A DNA stretch of 64,000 bases from Nitrospirota bacterium (GTDB taxonomy: Bacteria; Nitrospirota; JACRHJ01). The notes under the pieces were generated by a model. The model saw only the letters and a program-made list of their open reading frames with translations, had not been told where the DNA came from and made no database searches. Positions 1 through 9,547 of this stretch are shown one piece after another. Positions within the stretch are counted from its first letter, which is position 1. Each line of letters begins with the position of its first letter. The stretch is from NCBI GenBank assembly GCA_963845245.1, contig CAWJRJ010000034.1, positions 1 to 64,000 on the forward strand. Reading direction: 5' to 3'. A program made the position numbers and the translations under genes.

Positions 1-57
1 GATAAAACCCCTCCCTTTATCCATGCGTCAAAGGGCGAGTGGTTCTAGTTGTAAAAA

Positions 58-363
58 ATGGAGGGGAAAATGTCTATTAAAAATTCCAAACCTTCGGTGT
101 TGTTATCGGATGCAGTTCGAGTTCTTATGGGTGAAGAGGAAATTACAAAAAAATTAAAATGTGCATATGAAGAATACATCGTAAGTCTTGAAGAAAATGA
201 AATTCCCGATGAATATAAATCTGAAGCCCTTTCCCTTAAAAGCAAATTAAGTAGCATTAACAAGGAAGGATTTGAAAATATAAGCACAGATGAAGCCATA
301 TCTTTATCAGACGAAATATTAAGTCTTTATGTTTCCTCGGAATGTTATTACAGGAAAGCTTAA
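58..363 (+). CDS. hypothetical protein (AT-rich, acidic, helical, ~100 aa)
   Basis: Open ORF with GGAGG SD-like sequence before ATG at 70; no recognisable motif. Confidence 0.6.
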   Translation: MEGKMSIKNSKPSVLLSDAVRVLMGEEEITKKLKCAYEEYIVSLEENEIPDEYKSEALSLKSKLSSINKEGFENISTDEAISLSDEILSLYVSSECYYRKA

Positions 364-471
364 TATTTTTGTCTTTGCCTAAACCTATCTTAATAGAGGC
401 AAACAAAGGACTTCGGAGGGATAAAAATATTTTATCCCATGAAGTGAAAGGATAAAGGTAAAGGAGACAAA

Positions 472-987
472 ATGCATAAGCACTTTAAAGTAACGCTTCT
501 TTTGTTTATTCTGATTTGCGCCCATCCTTCCTTATCGTGGGCCGTTGATGAAAAAAGCGTAAAATCATCTTTCGAGACATTAATAAATAAAATGATAGAG
601 TATGGCTCTGCAGGTAAACTAATACAAATTAAAGAGGGAACTAATAAGGGCCAATACATCATACGAAAGTGGGATGATACTACTAAATCAGAAATAAAAT
701 ATGATATTAGAAAGACTGACTCAATAGTATCGCCCTATATCGCAACGATTGTATTCATTGCAAAAACTTGTGAGACCGAATCTGCGACTTCTCCAGATGC
801 AATGAGTATTGAACTTTACTTGCAAAGATTTGCCTGTAGGAAATACGATTCAAGAATATACATTTGCATATCAAGATGGAAAATGGGAGTTCAAATCATT
901 GCAGAAAACTTACCTGCATTAACTAAATACAATAAATTATTTAGAGACCTGATCCTTCGGGTGGATGGTTTGAAGGTAACCATTTAG
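472..987 (+). CDS. hypothetical exported protein, probably frameshifted near 810
   Basis: AAGGAG SD and signal peptide (LLLFILICAHPSLSWA). The alternative frame after ~810 reads ...EYTFAYQDGKWEFKS..., more protein-like than the annotated tail. Confidence 0.55.
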   Translation: MHKHFKVTLLLFILICAHPSLSWAVDEKSVKSSFETLINKMIEYGSAGKLIQIKEGTNKGQYIIRKWDDTTKSEIKYDIRKTDSIVSPYIATIVFIAKTCETESATSPDAMSIELYLQRFACRKYDSRIYICISRWKMGVQIIAENLPALTKYNKLFRDLILRVDGLKVTI

Positions 988-1110
988 AATTTATATTTAA
1001 TAAAGATACTATAAGCCAATTGCAAACAAAGTCTGGGAAAAAATAGACTATCGTCGAAACAAATTCCTCTTCTTGTGGGAGAGGTGCTATGTAGGGGCGT
1101 AAAGGTAACA

Positions 1111-2858
1111 ATGTCTGATAAACACATCATAATCGTCATCGGCGGAGGCCTCGCCGGACTGATGACAACGATAAAGGTAGCCGACCTCGGGCATAGGGTT
1201 CTCCTGTTCTCCATCCACCCGGTACGCCGCTCGCACTCCGTCTGCGCGCAGGGCGGCATCAACGCGGCGAAGAACCTCAAGGGCGAGGGCGACTCCATCT
1301 GGCAGCACTTCGACGACACTGTATACGGCGGGGACTTCCTCGCGAACCAGCCGCCCGTCATGAAGATGTGCGAGGCCGCGCCCGGCATAATAGACCTGAC
1401 CGACCGCATGGGCGTGATGTACAACCGCACGCCGGAGGGGATGCTGGACTTCCGGCAGGTTCGGCGGGACGAAGTACCACAGGACCGCGTTCGCGGGCAC
1501 GACCACCGGCCAGCAGCTTGTATACGCGCTGGACGAGCAGGTGCGCCGCTTCGAATCGCAGGGAGTCGTTGAGAAGTACGAGAACTGGGAGTTCCTCTCA
1601 CCCGTGCTAGACTACGATGGCCGCTGCCGCGGTATAACCGCGATGGACCTGCACACGATGGAGGTGCGGTCGTTCCCGGCGGACGCAGTGGTGGCCGCGA
1701 CAGGCGGCATCGGCGCGATATTCGGCAAGAGCACCAACTCTATCGTGAACACCGGGAGCGCGCTCTCAAGCCTTTATCAGGCGGGCGCGGTATATGCCAA
1801 CCCCGAGTTCGTGCAGGTGCACCCCACCGCGATGCCGGGCGAGGACAAGCTGCGGCTGATATCGGAATCAGCGCGCGGAGAAGGGCGGCAGGGTATGGGT
1901 GCCGAAGAACGGGAAGCCCTGGTACTTCCTTGAGGAATGGTACCCCGCATACGGCAACCTCGTCCCCAGGGACGTCGCATCGAGGGCGCTGTTCAAGGTG
2001 GTGTTCGAGATGAGGCTGGGCGTGGACGGGCAGGACCTCGTATACCTGGACATCTCGCACATACCCAAGAATGAGCTTGATACGCGGCTTTTCGGTATAA
2101 TGGAGATATACCAGACCTACACCGGACACGACCCGCGCAAGGTGCCTATGCGTGTCTTCCCGGCCGTGCATTACAACATGGGCGGGCTGTGGGTGGACTA
2201 CGACATGGCGACGAACATACCGGGCCTTTTCGCGGCGGGCGAGGCGGAGTACCAGCACCACGGGGCGAACCGCCTCGGGGCGAACTCGCTCGTATCCTGC
2301 ATATTCGACGGCATGACTGCCGGGGCATCGGCTGTGGAATATGCAGCCGGCTTGAACAAGAAATCGAGTGATCTGAACCCCCTGTTGTTCGAGTCAGAAA
2401 CAAAGCGGCAATCAGGCGTTAATGAGCGCCTTATGCAGATGAACGGTACCGAGAACCCGTACCAGCTCCACAAGGAGCTTGGCGACGTGATGCGCGAGAA
2501 CGTTACCGTAATCAGGTACAACAAAAATCTTAAAAAAACAGACGAGATGATTAAAGAGCTGATGGAGAGGTATTCCCGCATATGCATGGTCGACAACTCA
2601 GGGACTGTCAATCAGGAGTTGGTGTTCGCAAGGGAGCTTTATAACATGCTGGTACTGGCCCGGGCAATCACTCTCGGCGCGCTTAACCGCGACGAGTCGC
2701 GCGGGGCTCATTACAAACCCGATTTCCCGGTTAGAAACGACACAAACTGGCTGAAAACCACGAAGGCGGTATATACTGCTGACGGCCCGAGGTTCGAGTA
2801 CGAGCCGGTGGATACCTCCCTCTTGACGCCTAGGGAGAGACATTACGATATAGAGTAA
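1111..2858 (+). CDS. sdhA: succinate dehydrogenase/fumarate reductase flavoprotein subunit (Bacillus-like type), split by 2 frameshifts
   Basis: GGGLAG FAD motif, RSHSVCAQGGIN covalent-FAD His motif, EFVQVHPT, SESARGEG, HYNMGG, HGANRLGANSL, ESRGAH across ORFs 1075-1572, 1541-1933 and 1899-2858. Confidence 0.95.
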
Positions 2859-2877
2859 GAAAGGATTGGAGAGCATT

Positions 2878-3099
2878 ATGAATATCGGTCAGAAGTTGGC
2901 GATAGCGGCGGGCGGTGTTTTAATCGGTTTGAGGGCGGCGTACCCGGTCAAGTATTCAGGCATCGGCAGCCTGAGGTTCGAGGACGGCCCCGAGTTCCTG
3001 CAGCAGGTGGACTGGAAGATGACGTGGCTGCATATTGCGGGCATCGCGGCGGTGACCATCGCGCTTGCAATCATATTGAAGGCACATAAAAACAGTTAA
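2878..3099 (+). CDS. small two-TM membrane protein
   Basis: GGAG SD and ATG at 2878; two hydrophobic segments; lies between sdhA and sdhB. Confidence 0.6.
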   Translation: MNIGQKLAIAAGGVLIGLRAAYPVKYSGIGSLRFEDGPEFLQQVDWKMTWLHIAGIAAVTIALAIILKAHKNS

Positions 3100-3117
3100 A
3101 CGGCGGGAGGACTACAA

Positions 3118-3567
3118 GTGAGACGGTTTCTGTATGTTGCGATACTTGTGATATTCATTGGCGCATGTGCGCACGGCGAGAAGGCCGTAATAGCGCCGGG
3201 CCTGTCCGGCATAAAGACTGTATACCTTTGGGATGCCGACGGCCACATCGACCTCTCCCTTCTAAGGGGACTGAAGGCGGCGGCATCAAAGGAACTCCGC
3301 GCAAAGGGTATCCTGGTGTCCGACATCCCGTCAGCCACCGACGCATATGTAAAGATAACCGTGGTCGACGCAAACCGCGACGACGAGACAGGGACTACAT
3401 TTGTAAATGCGCGCCTCTATGTCATAAGCGCGGCGGACAACTCTACGCTTTACGACAAGACGGCGGAGACGCGCATAAAATGGGGGAAGGAAGAGGCCCC
3501 GGCCTACCCGGTCGAAGAGGAAGTCAGGAAGCTTTTGTCTGATTACCCGGCTGCCAAAATGAAATGA
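3118..3567 (+). CDS. putative lipoprotein (DUF4136-like fold possible)
   Basis: GGAGG SD; lipobox IGAC after a hydrophobic stretch; stop overlaps the sdhB start (ATGA). Confidence 0.7.
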   Translation: MRRFLYVAILVIFIGACAHGEKAVIAPGLSGIKTVYLWDADGHIDLSLLRGLKAAASKELRAKGILVSDIPSATDAYVKITVVDANRDDETGTTFVNARLYVISAADNSTLYDKTAETRIKWGKEEAPAYPVEEEVRKLLSDYPAAKMK

Positions 3568-4316
3568 AACAGGGCGACAGGTTCATTGCAAGGATAAGGC
3601 GGGCAAAGGACGGGGCATCGCGCCCCTACTGGGAGGAGTTCGCCCTGAGTTTTCGGCCCGGCATGAACGTGATTATCCTGCTGCAGGACATACAGAAAAA
3701 CCCGCAGACGAGCACCGGCAGTATGACCACGCCTGTGGCATGGGAATGTTCCTGTCTGGAGGAGGTGTGCGGGGCATGCTCGATGGTTATCAACGGCATA
3801 CCAAGGCAGGCCTGCAGCACGCTTGTGGAGGGGCTTGAGACGCCTGTGGTGATCGAACCCTTCTCAAAGTTCCCCGTTGTGCGCGACCTGGTTGTCGACA
3901 GGAAATCGCTTTTTGACAACTTCAGGAAGATACGCGCCTGGATACATGTGGACCTTACACTGGGACTGGGCCCCGGCCCGCTCATGAGCCCGGAGGAGCA
4001 ACAGGCCGCATATCCGCTTTCCCGCTGCATAACGTGCGGCTGCTGCATCGAGGCTTGCCCGCAGATGAATGCGGACTCGCCGTTCATGGGCGCGGCCGTC
4101 CTGAACCAGGCGACTCTTTTAAACTCGCACCCGACCGGCCGCATGAACATGGGAGAGCGCCTGGCAGTTGCAAGGGGGCGCGGAGGTCTTGCCGACTGCG
4201 GCAATGCACAGAACTGCGCCCGTGTCTGTCCGAAGGACATCCCGCTCGTCGGTTCTATCGCGAAGCTTAACCGCGAGTCCATAATCGACGGCCTCAAACG
4301 CTGGCTGGAAAGATAA
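3564..4316 (+). CDS. sdhB: succinate dehydrogenase iron-sulfur subunit
   Basis: CSCLEEVCGAC (2Fe-2S), CITCGCCIEACP and CGNAQNCARVCP motifs; FPVVRDLVVDR. Confidence 0.95.
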   Translation: MKQGDRFIARIRRAKDGASRPYWEEFALSFRPGMNVIILLQDIQKNPQTSTGSMTTPVAWECSCLEEVCGACSMVINGIPRQACSTLVEGLETPVVIEPFSKFPVVRDLVVDRKSLFDNFRKIRAWIHVDLTLGLGPGPLMSPEEQQAAYPLSRCITCGCCIEACPQMNADSPFMGAAVLNQATLLNSHPTGRMNMGERLAVARGRGGLADCGNAQNCARVCPKDIPLVGSIAKLNRESIIDGLKRWLER

Positions 4317-4322
4317 AAAGAT

Positions 4323-5493
4323 ATGCGCCTTCATGAATACCAGTCCAAGGAGATACTTTCAAGGACCGGGATAAAGGTCCCGGCTGGGACGACCGTCTCG
4401 ACTCCTGAAGAAGCGGGTGCGGCTTTTGAGTAGGCTGGGTTCGCCCCTTGCCGTGATAAAGGCGCAGGTGCATGCCGGCGGGCGTGGCAAATCGGGCGGG
4501 ATAAAGACCGTACGAAGCGCCCAGGAGGCTGTCGAGGCCACGGCTTCAATGCTTGGCAAGAGGTTCGTCACGCATCAGACAGGGACGGAAGGGCTGGCAG
4601 TAAGGAAGGTGCTTGTCGAGGAAGGGCTGGCGGTGGAGCATGAGTACTACGTGGCAATAACCATCGACCGAGAGAGGTCGATGCCTGTCGTGATTGCAAG
4701 CGCCTCCGGTGGTATGGACATCGAAGAAATTGCTAAGATTGCTCCCTGGAAGATCATAAAGGAACACATCGAGCCCGTCTTCGGACTTCAGCCGTTTCAG
4801 GCAAGGAAGATTGCATACAAGTTAGGTGTCGGGCAGGACGACGTTGCCGACTTCGTCAACCTGCTCCTGAAGCTCCACATAGTGTTCCTTGTGTCGGACG
4901 CGGAACTTGTCGAGGTGAACCCGCTTGTGAAGGTGGAAACCGACGACTTCGTCGCCCTGGATGCAAAGATAGTCATCGACGACAACGGCCTGTTCAGGCA
5001 TGACGACCTGAAAAAATACACCGACATATCGGATATGGACCCGCTGGAACTAAAGGCAAAAGAGGCGGGCGTAAACTATATAAAGCTCAAAGGCAACATC
5101 GGCTGCATGGTTAACGGTGCCGGGCTCGCCATGGCCACCATGGACCTGATCAAGAACATAGGCGGCGAACCGGCCAACTTCCTGGACGTCGGAGGTGGGG
5201 CGGACTCGGAGAAGATCACTGCCGCGCTCCGGATTCTCGTGGCCGACCCGCAGGTACAGTCGGTCATGGTGAACATATTCGGCGGGATACTCCGCTGCGA
5301 CGTGCTGGCAAAGGGCATAGTTGCGGCGGCAAGGGACGTCAAACCGGACGTCCCGATCATCGTACGCCTCGAGGGCACCAACAGGGATGAAGGCGAGAGG
5401 ATACTGAGGGAATCCGGGCTCGGCATAATCTTCGCCGGGTCGATGCGCGAGGCCGGCGAACTTGCAGTCGGAAGGATAAAGAGCGACGCCTGA
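4323..5493 (+). CDS. sucC: succinyl-CoA synthetase beta subunit (1 frameshift in a T-run near 4426)
   Basis: ATG at 4323 gives [48 protein letters not shown]. Confidence 0.95.
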
Positions 5494-6368
5494 TGGCTAT
5501 ACTGATCGATGGAAATACAACGGTCGTCGTCCAGGGCATCACAGGCCGGGAGGGTGGCTTCCATACCCGGCAGATGCTCGAGTATGGCACGCATGTCGTC
5601 GCAGGCGTTACGCCCGGAAGGGGCGGGGCGTCCGTCCTCGGCGTGCCGGTCTTCGACACCATGGGCGAAGCGGTATCCGCAACCGGGGCTACTACATCCG
5701 TTATATTCGTCCCCGCCATGTATGCCTCGGATGCCATCCTTGAGGCGGCGGACGCCGGGATAAACCTTATAGCATGCATAACCGAGGGCATCCCCGTCAA
5801 CGACATGCTGATAATAAAGCGGTCAATAGCCAATAGCGGCAGCAGGCTTATCGGCCCCAACTGCCCTGGAGCCATTACGCCGGGCGAGTGCAAGGCCGGG
5901 ATAATGCCCGGCTACATCCACAAGAAGGGCCCTATAGGCGTCATCTCCCGCAGCGGCACCCTCACCTACGAGGCTGTATTCCAGCTGACCTCGTCAGGGC
6001 TGGGGCAGTCCACCTGCGTGGGCATCGGCGGCGACCCTGTGATTGGCACTTCCTTTGTTGATTGTCTTTCCCTGTTCAGGGACGACCCGCAAACCGGGGC
6101 GGTCCTTATGATCGGTGAGATCGGCGGGCGAAGCGAAGAAGATGCGGCTGAGTATATCAAGGCCACGGCCTACCCCAAACCGGTATTCGCATATGTGGCC
6201 GGGATTACCGCGCCGGAGGGCAGGAGGATGGGCCATGCCGGTGCTATAATCCAGGGCGGCAGCGGTACGGCATCCGCGAAGGTCGATGCGCTGAAAGCCG
6301 CAGGCATCACGGTAATAACCGACCCGTCCGCTATCGGCATCGCCGTACGTGACGGCCTTAAAAATTAA
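5493..6368 (+). CDS. sucD: succinyl-CoA synthetase alpha subunit
   Basis: [32 protein letters not shown] phospho-His motif. Confidence 0.97.
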   Translation: MAILIDGNTTVVVQGITGREGGFHTRQMLEYGTHVVAGVTPGRGGASVLGVPVFDTMGEAVSATGATTSVIFVPAMYASDAILEAADAGINLIACITEGIPVNDMLIIKRSIANSGSRLIGPNCPGAITPGECKAGIMPGYIHKKGPIGVISRSGTLTYEAVFQLTSSGLGQSTCVGIGGDPVIGTSFVDCLSLFRDDPQTGAVLMIGEIGGRSEEDAAEYIKATAYPKPVFAYVAGITAPEGRRMGHAGAIIQGGSGTASAKVDALKAAGITVITDPSAIGIAVRDGLKN

Positions 6369-6429
6369 ATGCCGTTTTCCGGCGTCTGTGATAAATTAGT
6401 TGTTTGCAGTCAATATGGAGGCTTTTGAG

Positions 6430-6633
6430 ATGAAGATGATGTTGCCCGTTATCGACCCGGACCTCTGCACCGCGTGCGGGCTTTGCTGTGCCGCCTGCCC
6501 GTATGAGGTCCTTGAGATGGTGAACGACCTGGCCACCGTGACACACCCGAAGGCCTGCAAGGACCTGCGCGCCTGCGAGCAGGCATGCCCGACCGGTGCT
6601 ATCACCATGGAAGAAGTCGAAGTAGAGGACTAG
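6430..6633 (+). CDS. dicluster-type ferredoxin
   Basis: CTACGLCCAACP and CKDLRACEQACP motifs; GGAGG SD before ATG at 6430. Confidence 0.9.
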   Translation: MKMMLPVIDPDLCTACGLCCAACPYEVLEMVNDLATVTHPKACKDLRACEQACPTGAITMEEVEVED

Positions 6634-6655
6634 CCTTTTATTAATAGGAGGACGG

Positions 6656-7168
6656 ATGCCGGAGGATTATTCGGATTCGCGCCGGAAGTTTCTCGGTTAC
6701 GCAATCGGAGGTATAGCCGGGGCAATCACCATAGGCTACGCTATCCCGCTTGCATCATACCTTGTAGAACCATCCCTTGCCAAGAGCGAGGAGCAGTGGT
6801 CGCTTGTCGGGGACGTCGCAAATCTAGACGTAAATACGCCTAAGTCACTGCCATTCGTCTCAAACGTGAAACTCGGATGGGTGGAGGAGAAGGTGGAACA
6901 CGACGTCTGGGTGGTGAAGAAGCCGGATGGCATATTCACCGTCTTCTCCCCAATATGCCCGCATCTCGGCTGCGGCTACAGGTGGGACGAACAGACACGG
7001 CACTTCGAGTGCCCATGCCATGCCAGCGTATACGATATCGACGGCAAGGTCCTTGGCGGCCCCGCTCCTAGGCCGCTCGACACCCTTCCCACGAAGATGG
7101 AAGACGGCAAGCTGTACGTAAAATATGAGAAGTTCCGCCTTGGTATAGCCACCAAGGTCGAGGCCTGA
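6656..7168 (+). CDS. qcrA: Rieske iron-sulfur subunit of a quinol:cytochrome c reductase
   Basis: Tat motif SRRKFL, TM helix, CPHLGC and CPCH boxes, GPAPRPL. Confidence 0.92.
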   Translation: MPEDYSDSRRKFLGYAIGGIAGAITIGYAIPLASYLVEPSLAKSEEQWSLVGDVANLDVNTPKSLPFVSNVKLGWVEEKVEHDVWVVKKPDGIFTVFSPICPHLGCGYRWDEQTRHFECPCHASVYDIDGKVLGGPAPRPLDTLPTKMEDGKLYVKYEKFRLGIATKVEA

Positions 7169-7181
7169 TACTGGAGGATAC

Positions 7182-8489
7182 ATGTCCATAGGGGAATGGC
7201 TTGACACAAGGACCGGCGGAGCCGGCGAAGTCGCAAGGGACCTCCTTCGGAAGCCCATACTGGGCGGGGCGAGCTATATCTTCAGCCTTGGCGCGCTTAA
7301 CCTTTTCCTTTTTACAAACCAGGTGGTCACCGGGATGTTCCTGATGATATACTACGTCCCCGCGCCCGACCATGCATACGGTGCTGTACAGTTCATCCAG
7401 CATGAGGCGACATTCGGGTATGTAGTCCGTGGCCTGCATTTCTGGGGTGCGAGCGTCATGATAGTCTCGCTCATGCTGCACGCCTCCCGCGTATTCATAT
7501 ACGGCGCGTACAAGAAGCCGCGTGAACTGATGTGGATCAGCGGGACGATACTCCTGTTCCTGGTGTTCGGCTTCGCGTTCACAGGCTACCTGCTGCCCTG
7601 GGACCAGAAGGCATACTGGGCCACGGTAGTCGGCACCAACGTGGCGGGCACGGCCCCGGTGGCCGGGGGATTGGTGGTACGCATACTGCGGGGCGGGGCG
7701 GACATCTCGGCGCTCACCCTCACGCGGTTCTTCACCATACACACGCAGATACTCCCCTGGACGCTCGCGCTGGTCGCGGGCCTGCACCTTACCCTGCTAC
7801 AGTTCCTTGGACACGGCGGGCCGTGGGACCTCACAAAGGTAAAAAAGGCAGACCCGTTCTACCCAGACCAGGTATTCAAGGACATGGTGCTGGTATTCTT
7901 CGCTTTCGCGCTGATGCTCGCCCTTGCCAACGCCTTCCCCGCGAAGCTCGAAGCGCTAGCCGACCCGACCGACCATTCATACAACCCGCGCCCGGAATGG
8001 TACTTCTATTTCCTGTTCCAGCTTCTGCACTACACCGAGGGCAAATACGAGATGGTCGGCACCTTTGTCATACCCAACCTTTTCGTTGCGGTGATGCTGC
8101 TCTTGCCGTTCATCGACAGAAGCCCCGAGCGCGACCCGAAAAAGAGGCCAAAGGCCATTGCTGCATGGGGTCTGGTGATTGCGGGATTCATAGCCCTAAC
8201 GATGCTGGCGGTTGTAGCGCCTTCAGGCGGAGTAACACCGAAACCCGTCACCGAGGGGCGGAAGCTGTACCTGTCGCTTGGCTGCGCCTCATGCCACAGC
8301 ATAAACGGTGTGGGCGGAAAGGTCGGGCCTCCGCTTGACAAAGTGGGCGCAACCAGAGATAAGGCCTGGCTTATCGCGCACTTCAAGGACCCGCAGAAGA
8401 TGACACCGGGCTCCATAATGCCCAAGTTCGACCAGCTCTCCCAGCAGCAACTGGACGAGCTTACCGATTATATGCTCAGCCTTAAGTAA
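7182..8489 (+). CDS. qcrB: cytochrome b (b6 + subunit IV) fused to a C-terminal monoheme cytochrome c
   Basis: RGLHFWGAS, GYLLPWDQ, PEWY motif, C-terminal CASCH plus distal Met (IMPKF). Confidence 0.92.
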   Translation: MSIGEWLDTRTGGAGEVARDLLRKPILGGASYIFSLGALNLFLFTNQVVTGMFLMIYYVPAPDHAYGAVQFIQHEATFGYVVRGLHFWGASVMIVSLMLHASRVFIYGAYKKPRELMWISGTILLFLVFGFAFTGYLLPWDQKAYWATVVGTNVAGTAPVAGGLVVRILRGGADISALTLTRFFTIHTQILPWTLALVAGLHLTLLQFLGHGGPWDLTKVKKADPFYPDQVFKDMVLVFFAFALMLALANAFPAKLEALADPTDHSYNPRPEWYFYFLFQLLHYTEGKYEMVGTFVIPNLFVAVMLLLPFIDRSPERDPKKRPKAIAAWGLVIAGFIALTMLAVVAPSGGVTPKPVTEGRKLYLSLGCASCHSINGVGGKVGPPLDKVGATRDKAWLIAHFKDPQKMTPGSIMPKFDQLSQQQLDELTDYMLSLK

Positions 8490-8515
8490 TTTCACGTATT
8501 TAGGTAACTTAATTG

Positions 8516-8544
8516 TTGACACTAACGATTATCTATCCTATAAT
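8516..8544 (+). promoter_or_regulatory. consensus sigma70 promoter of tRNA-fMet
   Basis: TTGACA (8516-8521), 17 bp spacer, TATAAT (8539-8544). Confidence 0.9.
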
Positions 8545-8557
8545 AGCCTTTCAATGT

Positions 8558-8620
<63 letters not shown>

Positions 8621-8634
<14 letters not shown>

Positions 8635-8735
8635 AAAAAATCAAGAGGTTAGCCTACCGGCTAGCCTCTTTTTTTTAACATCTTCTAACAAACTTCTAAC
8701 AGATTTTTAGAAGCTACCTGTTCCTCGTCAAAGCC
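8621..8735 (+). repeat. copy 1 of a ~115 bp imperfect direct repeat (tRNA 3' end + terminator + TTCTAACA pair); att-like
   Basis: Aligns by eye with 9348-9462. Confidence 0.9.
8643..8676 (+). terminator. intrinsic terminator after tRNA-fMet
   Basis: AAGAGGTTAGCC-TACC-GGCTAGCCTCTT followed by a T-run. Confidence 0.85.
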
Positions 8736-8752
8736 CAGTATGCTGTCAAGCT

Positions 8753-9226
8753 TCATGGCCCGGGGAATTTGTCTAACTCTTCTTTTGCCATTAATGCATG
8801 TTTTTGAGATTCTGTACGCAACCCTTCAATAACATTTACAAATGGAAGTGCTACTTCAAAATGATTGAACAAACTTTTATCAAGAACTGAGCTCTCGAAA
8901 TCATAGGTTATGCTAAGGGCCTTTTGTGCAGTCAATTGTCCTCGCATAGCAATATCGTTAACATTCTTTATGTAATCAATTATCGACTGAACATGTTCAG
9001 CTTTAATATCACCTTTTTCAAATATCACCTGACCGTTATAGCTGTTTTGGTAAAGTTTACGCACTTCTTCGGCATGTTTTTGTTCTTCTCTGCTGAGATG
9101 ATCCCAGAGTTTACTGTAATTTGGAAACTTTTCCGAGAAAAGCGTATATAGTATACCCAAGTTCTTCTCCAGTTCATGCATAAGCGTTAATACATGTACT
9201 TGCTCTTCCTTTAACATGTCTGGCAA
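8753..9226 (-). CDS. ferritin-like/rubrerythrin-family protein
   Basis: Paired E...ExxH-like helices (REEQKH, TESQKH); AT-rich; own promoter upstream. Confidence 0.75.
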   Translation of the reverse strand: MPDMLKEEQVHVLTLMHELEKNLGILYTLFSEKFPNYSKLWDHLSREEQKHAEEVRKLYQNSYNGQVIFEKGDIKAEHVQSIIDYIKNVNDIAMRGQLTAQKALSITYDFESSVLDKSLFNHFEVALPFVNVIEGLRTESQKHALMAKEELDKFPGP

Positions 9227-9301
9227 GCTCCTTTGTCATCATTGTTTAGATATTACGTAAAGTTCATTTTTTATCGAACTTGCTTTGACCTGTCCCCATT
9301 A

Positions 9302-9329
9302 ATTATACCAGTTCAAGAGTTATCGTCAA
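9302..9329 (-). promoter_or_regulatory. sigma70 promoter for the ferritin-like gene
   Basis: Minus strand TTGACG, 16 bp spacer, TG-G-TATAAT (extended -10). Confidence 0.7.
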
Positions 9330-9347
9330 TTCCCTTGGTTCTGGTGT

Positions 9348-9462
9348 TGTCCCCGCTACCAAACAAATAAAAGGGTTAGCCTCACGGTTAACCCTTTTTT
9401 GTTCCCCTCTTCCAACAAACTTCTAACAGAATTTTAAAAACTACCTGTTCCGCGTCAAAGCC
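9348..9462 (+). repeat. copy 2 of the tRNA-fMet 3'-end repeat (att-like scar)
   Basis: TGTCCCCGCTACCAAA identical to the tRNA 3' end, followed by a covarying hairpin and TTCCAACA/TTCTAACA. Confidence 0.9.
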
Positions 9463-9547
9463 AAATTTTCAGAAATCCGCCTTCACGCTCCCTCACGTAT
9501 AATACTATTACCGGAATATTTGCCATTCACTAAGACGCGCTCAGTTC

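Noticed and set aside
9291..9297. TGTCCCC as a third tRNA 3'-end copy
   Set aside because: Only a short match without the downstream repeat; compatible with chance
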